DNA from: an uncultured delta proteobacterium
GTDB lineage: Bacteria > Desulfobacterota > Binatia > UBA9968
Direction: 5' to 3'
Assembly (NCBI GenBank): GCA_963771465.1
Contig: CAVYTU010000015.1
Span: 224,001 to 288,000 of the forward strand
Length of the DNA: 64,000 bases
Part shown: positions 9,644-20,895 of the stretch, one piece after another
How the letters are laid out: each line of letters begins with the position of its first letter
Numbering within the stretch: the first letter of the stretch is position 1
Translations under genes and position numbers: made by a program
The notes under the pieces: model-generated
What the model was told of the DNA's origin: nothing
Databases searched by the model: none
Seen by the model: the letters and a program-made list of their open reading frames with translations, nothing else

Positions 9644-10424
9644 TTATTTTTCAAACGTAACCATCCCCAGCTTAGCCTTTCGATAACCTGACACCATAAT
9701 TCCAACCAGCTCCTCAATTTTAAATATATTCTCCTCCGGTATGTAGAGGTCGGTGCTTTTCTTCAGAATTCCCTGCTGTCCAGAATCACTATGAGGTATA
9801 AATGGGACGAAAAATTCCAGCAGATAGCCGTTCACCATAAATATAAAAGACACATAGCGACTTCGAACGCGCGTTATCGGAGAAATGATTAATTGCTCCA
9901 GGTGCCTAGCAGTAAACCCGCCGTGTTGCTCGGGAGTTGGATCACAGAGGCGTATTATTTTGCAACCAAGCTTGAATGCACCTAGCAGCTTGCCGGAAAA
10001 CAGTGAACGTCTAGCCTCTTCCGCCGATGGGCCAGGAAGAGCGACCTTCGCGAAGACGTCAAGATCGGAAACACCGGCCCGCCAAAGCAACGATGTAACG
10101 AATAATTTAAACGTTGCGTAATTTAAGTTCTTCAGCGTAATACCGCGGCCATGATTATCCTCTACTCCAGTAGGCGTTCCTCGTCGCAGAATTTCGAGAC
10201 CGTATTTTTCATAGCCAGAGATAATGCCTTCGCAGTCACCACAAAGAAGATATTGCCACCAACTTTCGATGCTGTGCTCGACGGGTGTATTCTTTAAATC
10301 ATCGAAGCTAACGAGCTTTCCAGAAGCTTCGTCGCTTTATCCTACGAAACAAGGCGTTGGGAAGGATATGTGAACGCCGCAATTCTGCGGGCTTACGACC
10401 GAGGGCAGATGTGCTTTTGTCCAT
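9644..10424 (-). CDS. HNH-like/Zn-binding hypothetical protein (frameshifted)
   Basis: N-part MDKS...ELRRSHILPNALF; a shifted frame gives WQYLLCGDCEGIISGYEKYG...FKLFVTSLLWRAG, continuous with ORF 9644..10090. Confidence 0.6.
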
Positions 10425-10455
10425 GGACAAGCAAGACTTAGTTCTTCGCACCATG

Positions 10456-13400
10456 CTATCGAGGCGCTTCCTTCATTGCATTGACGATGGCGATCGTCCG
10501 CACACTCACCGTCGTCACGCGCATCAGCAAGTCAATTACTTTCTCTTTGTAATCGGCGAAGCGGTAGGTGTTGAACTTCTCGCGGATGGTTGGGTCTTTG
10601 GGTTTCTTTTCTTTGTACTGGTCGAGAATCCATTCGAGCGCGGAGCGGTTGCCGAGTCTGTAATCCCAAGCTTCGGGCGGGATGCCGGTTAGTGTCGTTT
10701 CGCTGTCGACAATGATCCGGCCGCCGTCTTTGTCGGCTTTCAGAATGCACTTTGGCGGGAGCCCGGCTTTGCGCGCTTTCTCGTCTGGCTACGTCGATTC
10801 GCTTGAGCTTGGCCGGCGCCACCGACTCGTAGCCGATGTGCAGGTCCATCAACTCCTTGCCCCACTCCGACCATCGCCAGAAGTCTTTGTAGAACGGAAT
10901 ACGCGGAAACTCTCGCTTGAGATTGAGCGCGTACTTTTCACGATAAATCGGATCGTGCAGCACCCCGTACACGTAGTGGAAAATCGCTTCTTTGGTGATC
11001 GTACTGCTTTTCTTGCTCCGATCAGGTTCATAGTGTTTTCGAAACTGGTCGAGAGCCCAATCGGTGATGTTATCTAACGGTCGTCACCGTTTTGCAATCG
11101 ATAGCGGCAACGACATTCAAGCTGTCCAGCAGCTCGCGCAACGAAATGTGCAAATCGGCAGACGATCGACAGCGCCAACCGTGAAAGGCTGTCTTGGGAG
11201 CCTGGTCAGCGAAGACAATAGCCACGTTCTTGGATCCAGACCGGAAACAAAGAACGATTAGCTGGTAGGAACGGTGAGTGATAAATGGAGCGATAGTAAG
11301 TAAATCGTGTTACAAAACGGTCGATACACTGGCTCACGATGCATTCGGCGTCGAACACGAGCGGCGTGTACCGCGTGCGCAAGTGTGTCTCGAGTTCACT
11401 GTGTCCACTTGATGATCGGTTCACAAAATCCGCAGTTGCCGTTTTCCAGCGGACTTCCACCGTTAGCTTCGGCTTCATATGTTTTACAGAAGTAACGTTA
11501 ATTTTCGTTGCAAGAGACTTCTCGCGTGTATCGTCATAAACCCATTCGTCGCGGTTGGTTACGACACCCGAGCGAGAACAGCTTGAAGATAGCCTTCTCC
11601 TGGCCGTGCTTCTTGGCTCGCTTTGGTTTCTTTGTCGCGATTGGGAGCAGCGAATCGAAATCGTTCTGCGTGAGATTGATCCAATTGTGTTTTGTGTCTG
11701 GTCGGATCTCATCGAAGCTCGATGCTCACGCAGCTTTGCATTGATCCAAGAAACGCAAGCTTTTCTTCCGCAGTCTCGAATTCTGGTCGGCGCGCGTAAA
11801 AAATGCGGCAGCCCTTGAGCTTTGGTGCGCTTAACCATGAAGCTGATCGCGACTCCGGTCTGAATGCCGAAGACATTGTGCTTAGTGCCCGAGAGCTTTG
11901 GGTTCGTCTCGCACGTCGCCGCCAAGATCAACATATCCAGATTTCGTTGAACTCATCTAGCAACCACCTTTGCGGAAGCCGTCAAAGTTACGGCTTATCA
12001 ATGAAGCTGCGGTTGGTAATGAAGCGTTAGATATGCCGTTTTCGTCAAGCCGATCGCTGGCCCAGCGAAAGAAGCGCGCGTACATATCGTAGAGTTTTGT
12101 TTTCTGGGCGGTGCTCTCTCTCGATGTAGGTTTCCTTAATCCGCTTGTCGATCTCCGGATACGATCTCGGTTTTTGTTGTTCTCGTTCTCGTTGAGCTGA
12201 TTAGCGTTGTACGGCGGGTTGCCGATGATCACGCTGATCTTTCGGCTATTCTGGCGGCGTAATGCGCACGGACGTTGTCGTCGCTCACCGAGCCAAACAA
12301 ATCGTCCATGTGACCGCGGTACTTGCGCAGCGCGTAGGTGTTGTCGAGCGTGTCGACGAAGCAGAGGTTTGGATATTCGAGATATTCGCCGGCGATCGCG
12401 GCGTAGGTCGCTTCGATATTCAGGTTGGCGACGTAGTACGGCAGGATCGCGACCTCGTTGGCGTGCAGTTCTTCGAGATATTTGTGCTTGAGCTTAGCCG
12501 GCTGGCCGCGGAAGTGTTCCAGCATCTCGCAGATAAACGTGCCGGTGCCGCTGGCGGGGTCGAGGATTTCTACGTCTTTGTCGATGAGATTGCGGCCGAA
12601 GTGCTTTTCGCAAAGATAGTCGGCGCTCTCGATCATGAAGCGCACGATCTCGTTCGGCGTGTAGATAACGCCGAGACGGTCGGCGGCTTTGGGATTGTAG
12701 ACCTTGTAGAAGTTCTCGTAGATGACTTTCAGAAACGTTTGCTTCTCGTGGTGCGTGCCGATCTGCGCGGCGGCGGCGCGGATGGCGGCGTAGTAGGGCG
12801 CCATGCCCTTCAGCGTTTGGTATTTGGTATCGCCCTTGAAGAAAGTCGCCTCCAGCTTGTAAAGCTCGCGGGCGACGTTGTTATCCTAATGAAACGGCGT
12901 GCCGGGAAAGACGGCGGTGAAAACGTCCTCGGTGAGAATGTGCTGGATCAGCATCTCGCGCACGTCGGCTTCGGTGAGGCTCGGATTGATCGCCTCCTGG
13001 GCGTGCTTGAGAAACTCTTCCGCCGCTTTTCTGAAATCCGGCTCGCGCTTGTGAGCGCGCTCGATCATCGAGCGCAGCGCTTCCAGCACCATCGGCAGGT
13101 CGGTCTTGAACTGCTCGACCGCTTTGCGAAACTCGGTAATCTCGGTGCGCTCGTAGTCGAAGAAGAGATTGAGTAACTTTTCCAGGTCTTTGACGTCATC
13201 GACCGCGCAACGGTAAACCTCGTGCTTTCTCCTGAACTAAAACCGCTCGGTTGAATCCTCGAAGATGATGTTGTCCTGCGGATAGCCGCGGCGTTTCTTG
13301 AGCTCGATCTCGGCGTCGAGATCGTCCTTTTCGTCCTTGGCCTCCCAGTAGCCGAAAGGCACGCGTAGCTTATGAACCAGCGCGCCGTCGACGTAGCGGC

Positions 13401-13578
13401 GATCTTTGGCGGGCGTGGCGATCTCGTATTCGGGGACGAAGATCAGATCGCGCGAGCGCGCCCAGCCCTTGAGGAGGTCTTTGAAGGCTTCGCGGACGAC
13501 GGATTCGCGGTGCGTTCCCGAAACCTTGCGTAGGTCTTGGAGCTGGTTCAGGTATTGTTGAATGAGAACTTGGCTCAT
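10456..13578 (-). CDS. Single-polypeptide restriction-modification enzyme (type IIG/ISP-like N6-adenine MTase, PD-(D/E)xK N-terminus, type ISP-like C-terminal specificity domain, no helicase); heavily frameshifted
   Basis: VDGAL...YWEAKD nuclease-like motif; ILDPASGTGTF (motif I); IIGNPPY (motif IV); YDMYARFFRWASDRL; DNITDWAL; YGVLHDPIYREKYALNLKREFPRIPFY. Confidence 0.9.
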
Positions 13579-13680
13579 TGGCGAGGGATTATAGCGGCAA
13601 TTGTCTTAATATCCTATTTCTTTTTCTGCATGTATTCCGCCTTAATCGATGCCCCCCGCGTAGTAGCGAAAACTCAAGCC

Positions 13681-15697
13681 TCACGCCGCCGGCTGCGGCG
13701 AAACATTCTGACTGCCAAACACTCGGATCGGCAAAATCATCATGTCCCGGCCGGCGAATTGCAGCTTTTGCTGCAAAGTAAACGGGGTATGGTTATGCAA
13801 AAGGCGGGTAAAAAGATTTTCTTCCTGGAATACCAGCTTGCCACTGAAAAAAATCGAGCGCGGAAACTCTTTGGCCACCGCTTCGCAGAGCTGTTCGAGC
13901 TCTTCGATCAGATCGACCCCTAACTCGTACCGGTACTCGGCATACCAACCGAGACAGGTTGCGAAATCGACATAGCTCTTGAGATCTTCTTCTTTTTTCC
14001 GTTTGAGATTTTCAATTTCCGCGTGGCCTTTGAACTGGCCGGTATCGATGACCCCGACGGATATGAAAATAATGTTGCGAAAGTGATTGGGAAACAGCCG
14101 TTGGATATTGAGCAACGTATGGATGCCGATACCGTCGAAATCGCGCACGATGAGCACCGCGGTGGGAGCGTTGGCATTTTTTGCCGGTGCGGCGGCCTTG
14201 AGGTCCGGCTGGAATGGAATTCCCGAGAAGCGTGTCATCAAGGCTTTTAAGCGCCAACTTAACCCGATCGTAATGCCAACGCACCGCCTGGCAAATCAAA
14301 ACGAAGACGAGCGTGACTATGATAGTCACCCAACCGCCTTCGGCAAATTTGGTCGTGACCGTCACGACAAAGAATCGTACTGGTGGAGAGTAAACCCAGA
14401 CCGTTAACGGCGAGTTTAAGTTTCCACGGCTCAGCAGTTCTTCGCACCTCCCACCAGTGGCGGCACATGCCCAGCTGAGACAGGGTAAAGGTCAGAAAAA
14501 CGTTGATGCTGTACATGACCACGAGGAGCTTCACTGCTCCATGGCTATAAATAAGAAACGCGAGCGAAGCGATGCCCATGAACCAGACGCCGTTGCGGGT
14601 TACCAATTGATCGCTCAAGTGGGACAAACGATGCGGCGCCCAGGAGTCGAGAGACATATTCGACAACACTCGGGGACCGTCGAGAAAGCCGGCCTGTGCC
14701 GCCACGATCAACAGCGCCGCTTCGGTAATCAAAGTGACGATCACCAACGTTGCCGTGGTCGTTGAATCGCCGCCAAAAAACGCGCCATAGATCGTTGCAA
14801 ATAAACTCGCGTTGAGCGTTTTTCCGGGCTCATGCATGACCCGATTGAGCAAATAGCAAAGCAAAATGCCGCCGGCCGTAAAGGCCAGCGAAGTCGCCAT
14901 GTAAAGCATGGTCTTCTTACCGGTCACCACTCGCGGCTCGCGTAAGATCTGCAGGCCGTTGCTGACCGCCTCGATGCCGGTATAAGTGCCGCCGCCCAAG
15001 CTATAAGCGTGGAGCAGAATCGCCATCGTGGCGAGCAGGCCAAGCCCGGTGTACATCGCGGTTAACTTCTTGGTACGAGTTCGCAACCAGCGCCGGCATG
15101 TCCGCCGCGTGCGGCACCACGCCCATCGTGATCACGACGATGTGCATGACGATGAACAGCAAGAAAATCGGCAACAGAAATATCACCGACTCTCTGACGC
15201 CGCGCAGGTTGAGAAAAATCAGGCCAAAAATCAGCAGGACTTCGAAAATAAGTTTGTACGGCTGCCACCCGCCGGGCAGAAAACTAAACAATGCATCGGC
15301 GCTGCTGGCGATGGAGATCGTGATCGTCAACATGTAATCGACGACCAGCGCCGAGCCCGACACCAATCCGGCGCGCGCGCCGAGCAATTTGGTTGCCACC
15401 AAGTAGCCGCCGCCACCGGTCGGGAAGAGTTCGATAATCTGCGAATAGCTCGCGGAGATAATAAAAACCGTAACGGCCGTCAGAATTGCCAGCGGCAAAG
15501 CGAGATAAAAATGTTGCCCCAGCGCGAGATACGCTTCTTCCGGACCATAAGCCGAGGAGCTCAAGCCGTCGGCGCCAAGCCCAACCCAGGCGAGAAACGC
15601 GACTAGAGAAATCTGGTGAAACACTTTCGGATCGAGAGGATCCTTCGGCTTTCCCAGCAAAATATTTTTAAGTGAAAACTCCTTGTTCTTGATTCAT
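13681..15697 (-). CDS. APC-superfamily permease, KimA/YdaO-like (candidate K+ transporter); frameshifted
   Basis: LGADGLSSSAYGPEE, GGGGYLVATKLLG, TGIEAVSNG, YSINVFLTFTLSQLGM and KFAEGGW, plus a soluble C-terminal domain. Three ORF fragments. Confidence 0.88.
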
Positions 15698-15896
15698 GGA
15701 TGTCCTTCGAGCGGGATACGAGAACAAAAGAATTGTTCGGGTTAGACAATCATAATAAATAAGGCTGGTCAAAGGATCGAAAAAATGTAAATGAACCGTG
15801 TTCTCAGATCGGTTAGAAAGGAACGGCAGCTGCGAACGAACGGATTGACAAATTTGGCGAGTGTCTAATCTTTTTTAGCACGGGTAGTTTTCGTTC

Positions 15897-16664
15897 TTAA
15901 CGATACATCGCGTGGGGATCGACTTCGTCGCGGATCAAATGCAGCTCTTCACCGCTCGGTGCTGCGGTTTGTTGGATTATCTCGGCCTCCCTTAGAGGCC
16001 AACCCACTTCCGCCTGCACATCCTTCGCCGTAACGCCCGGGTAGAGCTCGCTCAACTGCATTTCGCGCTCAGGGTTGGCAAAGTTCAAAATCGCTTTGTC
16101 GGTGATCACCAGTTCGGGCCCGCCGCCGGGCAAGCCGAGCCGAGCGCGGCTGTCGCCGCCGGTCAAGTGGCCCGGGCTGGTGAGAAAATCGAGCTTGCCG
16201 ACAAACGCACGGCGCTTGAGACGCATGATCATGAACGTGCGTTGCGCGTTGGTGGCGATTTCTAAAGCGCCGCCGCTTCCCGGCAGGCGCGTTTTCGGTT
16301 TTGCATAGTCGCCGATGACGGTGGAGTTTAGATTGCCGTATCGGTCGATCTGGGCGCCGCCGAGGAGTGCGATCTCGACCAGGCCCCTTTGCAAGTACAA
16401 GCCGAACAGATCTGCCATGGAGACCACCGACGTCGCGCCGCTCACTAAAGTTGGATCGCCGATGGAAAGCGGCAGCCGCTCGGGACGGGCACCGTAGACG
16501 CCGGATTCGTAGATCAACTCCAAGTCAGGCGCGACCGTGTAGCGCGCGAGGTTGCAGGCGACATTCGGCAGACCGACGCCGACGAAGACCGTGCGCGCTC
16601 CTTTCAACATGCGCGCCGCCACCGCGATCATCATCTCGGAATCGCTGTAGGTGACTTCGCTCAT
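15897..16664 (-). CDS. CoA-transferase subunit B (CatJ/GctB type; probable 3-oxoadipate CoA-transferase)
   Basis: VFVGVGLP, LIYESG, LGGAQIDRYGNLNST and RLPGSGG motifs; within the pca cluster. Confidence 0.9.
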   Translation of the reverse strand: MSEVTYSDSEMMIAVAARMLKGARTVFVGVGLPNVACNLARYTVAPDLELIYESGVYGARPERLPLSIGDPTLVSGATSVVSMADLFGLYLQRGLVEIALLGGAQIDRYGNLNSTVIGDYAKPKTRLPGSGGALEIATNAQRTFMIMRLKRRAFVGKLDFLTSPGHLTGGDSRARLGLPGGGPELVITDKAILNFANPEREMQLSELYPGVTAKDVQAEVGWPLREAEIIQQTAAPSGEELHLIRDEVDPHAMYR

Positions 16665-17593
16665 CGATACCTCCCATAGTCGACCGAAGGCGCCAGCAAA
16701 GGCTCGGGCTTGAGCCTGTCGAAATAATCTTGACCGAGTTTCCGCACGTAGGCGGCGTGATTTTCCAGGCCATAAACCCATTCATCGAGCCAGGCCAGGA
16801 CCGCGCCGTGATCCTGAGAAAGCTTGTCCCAGGTAAGATAAGACTCGTTGTCTCGGTCGTAATAACCCTGGACATAAGAGGGATGTGCGCCGTAAGGCTC
16901 GTGCACCACGGCATCGACGATCAGGCCGGGAATCAAGGTGCGGTTGGGATCGGCGCGAATCACGGCTTCATCGACGATTTCTTCCACCACGATGATCACA
17001 TGCTTGGCGGCAAACGCCACTTCTTTTTGCATGCCGAGCAGTCCCCACAATTGGGTGTTGCCGCGCCGGTCCGCGCGCTGCGCGTGCAGAATAGCGACGT
17101 CGGGATTGATTGGCGGCACCACCGCGATCTTGCCGGTGCCGTAGGGATCGTCGATCAATTTGATCAGCGGGTTGACCGCCAGCATTTCCGAGCCGACATA
17201 ACTGCGCAGCGGAAAAAATGGCGCCTGCGACGCCCCAGCCGCATATCGCCCAACCAACCCATAGTGGGAATACTCCTCCCACTCCAGCGGGCAAGGAATG
17301 GATTTTTCCACCGCGCGGCGGATGCAGTAAAGCGAGCCGACACCGGGATTGCCCGTGTAGCTGAAGATCAATTTCCTCGCCGTGCCGGCGGCGATCATCT
17401 GATCGTAGATCAGGTCCGGCGTCATGCGGATCAAAGTGAGATCGCGCCGCTTTTGGCGAATGATCTCGTGGCCTGCCGCGAACGAAATGAATCCGGTGAA
17501 TCCCTCGATCGCCAGCGAGCAGCCGTCGTTGACGTAGTCAGCGATGGCTTCCCGCATGGAGACGAGTTTATCGGCTTTTTGCGAATTGTTCAT
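16661..17593 (-). CDS. CoA-transferase subunit A (CatI/GctA type)
   Basis: EGFT..SFAAGHEIIRQ, RMTPDLIYDQMI, GNPGVGSL, HAQRADRRGN and GAHPSYVQGYYDRD motifs. Confidence 0.92.
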   Translation of the reverse strand: MNNSQKADKLVSMREAIADYVNDGCSLAIEGFTGFISFAAGHEIIRQKRRDLTLIRMTPDLIYDQMIAAGTARKLIFSYTGNPGVGSLYCIRRAVEKSIPCPLEWEEYSHYGLVGRYAAGASQAPFFPLRSYVGSEMLAVNPLIKLIDDPYGTGKIAVVPPINPDVAILHAQRADRRGNTQLWGLLGMQKEVAFAAKHVIIVVEEIVDEAVIRADPNRTLIPGLIVDAVVHEPYGAHPSYVQGYYDRDNESYLTWDKLSQDHGAVLAWLDEWVYGLENHAAYVRKLGQDYFDRLKPEPLLAPSVDYGRYR

Positions 17594-17614
17594 AACGTCT
17601 TGTGTGAAGTTTTC

Positions 17615-18967
17615 TCAGGACAAAAACTTTTCAGCGCTCTTGAGCACCTGCTCGATAATTTTTTTCGTCTCGCCAAGATAATTTTCCGGCTTTGCCAATG
17701 CTTCCCAATCCACGGTCCCGGCCTTAACCGAATCGCCAGCGAGATTCCTAACGACTTCGATGAGCGGTTGGTTTTCGCTTAACGCGATAGCGCACGCCTG
17801 CTTTACCAATTCCTCCGCCTGCGCCCGCGTCATCGCTTTGGCCAAAGCAAACACCGCCGCCTCGGCGAGGATGACGTCGTGAGCGCGCTTAATATTCGAC
17901 AACATCGCCGCACCATCGACTTGTAGATTCTGCGCCAGATACGCGGCGTGTTTGAGCGCGCCGCCGGTGAGCATGATCATCTGCGGCAAGGTCAGCCATT
18001 CCACCTGCCAGCCATGGGTCGCGCGCTCGTGTTCTTGAATCTGCGCGTTGTGCAATGCCGCCAGCAATGACGCGTTCATTCGCGCCACCGCGACGATCAA
18101 CTCACTGGTAATTGGATTGGACTTCTGCGGCATCGTGCTGCTACCGCCGCGCCCAGCTTCACCTGACTCGCCGATTTCGCCGACTTCAGTCTGAGCCATG
18201 AGAATAATATCCTGCGCCATCTTGCCGAGTGAGCCGGTGACGAGACTCAGCCAGCCGGCGAACTCAACCAAACTATCGCGCTGCCCATGCCACGGCATCG
18301 CCGGTAAGCCCAAGTCCAATTCCTTGGCAAATTCGCTTGTCACGGCCAAACCTTTATCACCAAGCGCGGCCAATGTGCCCGCGGCGCCGCCGAACTGCGC
18401 GACCAGCAAACGGCGCTCGATTTCGTCTAGCCGCTCGCGATGACGAATTAGCGGCGCCAACCAACCCGCGACTTTTAGACCGAATGTAATCGGCAAAGCC
18501 TGTTGGCCATGCGTCCGTCCGGCAAGCACGGTGGCGCGATGTTTATCGGCGAGCACGCTCAAGTCGCGAGCGATCGCGCCGATGCGCTCGCGCATCAGCT
18601 TAATCGTCGCGCGCCACTGCAACACGCACGCCGTGTCCATGATGTCCTGCGTCGTCGCACCCCAGTGAACGAACGGCGCGGCATCGGCACTGACTTGTTT
18701 ACGCAGCTCTTGAACCAAAGCGATGATCGGAAAACCGGAGCGAATCGTGCCGCTAGTGAGCGCCGCGATGTCGACGCGATCCGCCGTTACTTTGCCGATG
18801 GCATCTGCCGCGCTTGCCGGAATCACGCCGACTCTCGCCTCTGCCCGCGCCAGCGCGACTTCCACTTCGACTAACGCGTTAACGAATGCCGCGTCGCTGA
18901 GTAAGTTCGAAACTTCCTCGTCGTTGAACAGCGGTGCAAAAATAGCCGAATCCAGAGGCGTAGTCAT
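17615..18967 (-). CDS. pcaB: 3-carboxy-cis,cis-muconate cycloisomerase
   Basis: Fumarase/ASL superfamily: HWGATTQDIMDT, GRTHGQQA, QFGGAAGTL and GGSSTMPQKSNP; downstream of pcaHG. Confidence 0.92.
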   Translation of the reverse strand: MTTPLDSAIFAPLFNDEEVSNLLSDAAFVNALVEVEVALARAEARVGVIPASAADAIGKVTADRVDIAALTSGTIRSGFPIIALVQELRKQVSADAAPFVHWGATTQDIMDTACVLQWRATIKLMRERIGAIARDLSVLADKHRATVLAGRTHGQQALPITFGLKVAGWLAPLIRHRERLDEIERRLLVAQFGGAAGTLAALGDKGLAVTSEFAKELDLGLPAMPWHGQRDSLVEFAGWLSLVTGSLGKMAQDIILMAQTEVGEIGESGEAGRGGSSTMPQKSNPITSELIVAVARMNASLLAALHNAQIQEHERATHGWQVEWLTLPQMIMLTGGALKHAAYLAQNLQVDGAAMLSNIKRAHDVILAEAAVFALAKAMTRAQAEELVKQACAIALSENQPLIEVVRNLAGDSVKAGTVDWEALAKPENYLGETKKIIEQVLKSAEKFLS

Positions 18968-19010
18968 ACTGTTGGTTCGGGCTTATCGACAACTGGTGGC
19001 TGTCCTATTC

Positions 19011-19105
19011 TGTCATTCCGAACGAACGTGAGGAATCTTTCTTCCGTTGCCATGATATCAACCTACCGTATACGAGAAAGATTTCTCCCTTTGGTCGAAA
19101 TGCCA
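19011..19105. repeat. REP-like palindromic element
   Basis: TGTCATTCCGAACGAACGTGAGGAATCT ... AGATTTCTCCCTTTGGTCGAAATGCCA; imperfect inverted arms in the pcaG-pcaB spacer. Confidence 0.7.
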
Positions 19106-19206
19106 GAAAGACGGCTCACGAAAGCCACTAACATTACACTGACAAGCGACCCGCCGTTTTCCGAACTCCCTAACTCCACTACTGCAACACTCCAAACATG
19201 CTTTCC

Positions 19207-19779
19207 TCACATATCGAAGAAAACAGTCTCGTTTTCGCCTTGCAGCCGAATGTCGAAACGGTAAACCGTTTTGCCGTCTCGGTCGCCACCCGCCGCGATC
19301 AGAGTTTTGCGCCGCGCTTTGTTCTTGATCGATTGCAACACCGGATCACTGTCGTTCGCCGGCTCGTCGCTGAAGTAAATTCGCGTGTAGGCGTGTACCA
19401 ACATACCGCGCGCGAAAACGACGGTGTTGATATGCGGCGCTTGCACCGTGTCATTCGCTCCTGGAATCGGTCCCGGCTTGATGGTCTCGAACCGGTAAAA
19501 ACACTTATCGTCTGTGCCCGATCGGCCCCAGCCGGTGAACTTCGGGTCCAACGGCTTTTCTTGTTTATCGTCCGGGTGATTATAGCGGCCGTAAGCGTTG
19601 GCTTGCCATAACTCCACCATGACATCGGGAATCGCCACACCATCGCCGTCGAAAACCTGTCCTTCGATGAGAATCCGTTGGCCCTGCGTTTCGTCGGTAG
19701 CCATAACGTGCATCGGCGTGCGCGTCAGTCCGATGGCGTAAAACGGACCGACGGTTTGCGAGGGTGTTTGCTTGCTCAT
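19207..19779 (-). CDS. pcaG: Protocatechuate 3,4-dioxygenase alpha subunit
   Basis: QTPSQTVGPF, WQANAYGRY, FETIKPG, QAPHI, TRIYFSDE and YRFDIRLQGENETVFFD motifs. Confidence 0.96.
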   Translation of the reverse strand: MSKQTPSQTVGPFYAIGLTRTPMHVMATDETQGQRILIEGQVFDGDGVAIPDVMVELWQANAYGRYNHPDDKQEKPLDPKFTGWGRSGTDDKCFYRFETIKPGPIPGANDTVQAPHINTVVFARGMLVHAYTRIYFSDEPANDSDPVLQSIKNKARRKTLIAAGGDRDGKTVYRFDIRLQGENETVFFDM

Positions 19780-20489
19780 CGGGGTCCTTCGAATGGAGTC
19801 GCCTTGCGGCCGCGCAGCACGATGTCGAAGCGGTAGCCCAACGCGAATTCCGGCTCGCTCACGTCATGCGCGTAGCTTGACATCAGCCGCTCTCGCCCGC
19901 TCTTGGTCGGCACTGAATTTAAAATCGGATCGAGCGCAATCAAAGGATCCCCCGGAAAAAAAAATTGCGTCACCAGACGCGTGACGAAGCTCGGACCGAA
20001 TAGCGAAAGATGGATGTGCGCCGGCCGCCACGCGTTGGGATGGTTCAACCAAGGATACGCCCCAGGTTTTATCGTGAGATAACGGTATTCGCCCCGATCG
20101 TTGGTCAGGCAACGCCCGGCGCCCGTGAAGTTGGGATCGAGCGGCGCGTTATGTTGATCGACGGGATGACGATAGCGTCCAGCCGCATTGGCCTGCCAGA
20201 TCTCGATGAGCGTGTTAGGGACGGGTTTATCGTCTTCATCCAAAACCCGGCCGACGACGATGATGCGTTCGCCCAATGCCTCCTCGGCGCTGCCGGCGAT
20301 GCGCGTGAGATCGTCCTCGCCCGCGTCCAGCTTAATCCCGCTAAAAAGCGGGCCGGTGACCTCGGACAAAGTTTGCTGGATCGGCACGAGCTTCTTGAGT
20401 GGCCCGCGTTTGATCGAAGAACCGTAAGCTTTGAAACTATACGGTGGATGGGATCGCCAGTCGCGCGGGTTATATTCGGGGATCTGCAT
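19776..20489 (-). CDS. pcaH: Protocatechuate 3,4-dioxygenase beta subunit
   Basis: GERIIVVGRVLDE, WQANAAGRYRH and TIKPGAYPWLNHPNAWRPAHIH (Fe ligands). Start taken at MQIPEY. Confidence 0.96.
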   Translation of the reverse strand: MQIPEYNPRDWRSHPPYSFKAYGSSIKRGPLKKLVPIQQTLSEVTGPLFSGIKLDAGEDDLTRIAGSAEEALGERIIVVGRVLDEDDKPVPNTLIEIWQANAAGRYRHPVDQHNAPLDPNFTGAGRCLTNDRGEYRYLTIKPGAYPWLNHPNAWRPAHIHLSLFGPSFVTRLVTQFFFPGDPLIALDPILNSVPTKSGRERLMSSYAHDVSEPEFALGYRFDIVLRGRKATPFEGPR

Positions 20490-20508
20490 GATGTCGCGCC
20501 CTCTGAAT

Positions 20509-20895
20509 CTATTTGCTTTCGCTTTCCATCTCTTTGTAAACCCGCTTGGCAATGGCGAACGCCGAGTTCGCCGCCGGCGCGCCGGCATAGACGGCCACTT
20601 GCAGCAGCACTTCTTTGACTTCGTCCTGGGTCACACCGGTGTTACGCGTCGCTCGGATATGCGCGCCGAGCTCTTCAAGTCGGCCCAATGACGCGAGCAT
20701 GGCGATCGTCAGCATGCTGCGGATTCGTTTTTCCAGTCCCGGCCGCGTCCACACCGCGCCCCAAGCGTGCTCGGTCACGTAATGCTGCCAGTCGGCGTCG
20801 AACTCGGTCTTGTTCGCTTCCGCGCGCGCGACGTATTCAGCGCCGAGCACCGCTTTGCGCACTGCCATGCCTTTATCGAAAAGATCGTCAGACAA
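20509..20895 (-). CDS. pcaC: 4-carboxymuconolactone decarboxylase
   Basis: GMAVRKAVLG, AWGAVWTRPGL, RSMLTIAML and EVLLQVAVYAGAPAAN motifs. Confidence 0.95.
   Translation of the reverse strand: MSDDLFDKGMAVRKAVLGAEYVARAEANKTEFDADWQHYVTEHAWGAVWTRPGLEKRIRSMLTIAMLASLGRLEELGAHIRATRNTGVTQDEVKEVLLQVAVYAGAPAANSAFAIAKRVYKEMESESK

Noticed and set aside
12262-13176. 304-aa plus-strand ORF and similar long antisense ORFs (16730..17782, 23101..24198, 31119..32252, 43164..44510)
   Set aside because: Opposite well-supported genes; expected from GC-rich codon bias.
15700-15895. c-di-AMP (ydaO) riboswitch before the KimA-like gene
   Set aside because: The conserved GCTGAATCC...GGGGGA elements are not visible.
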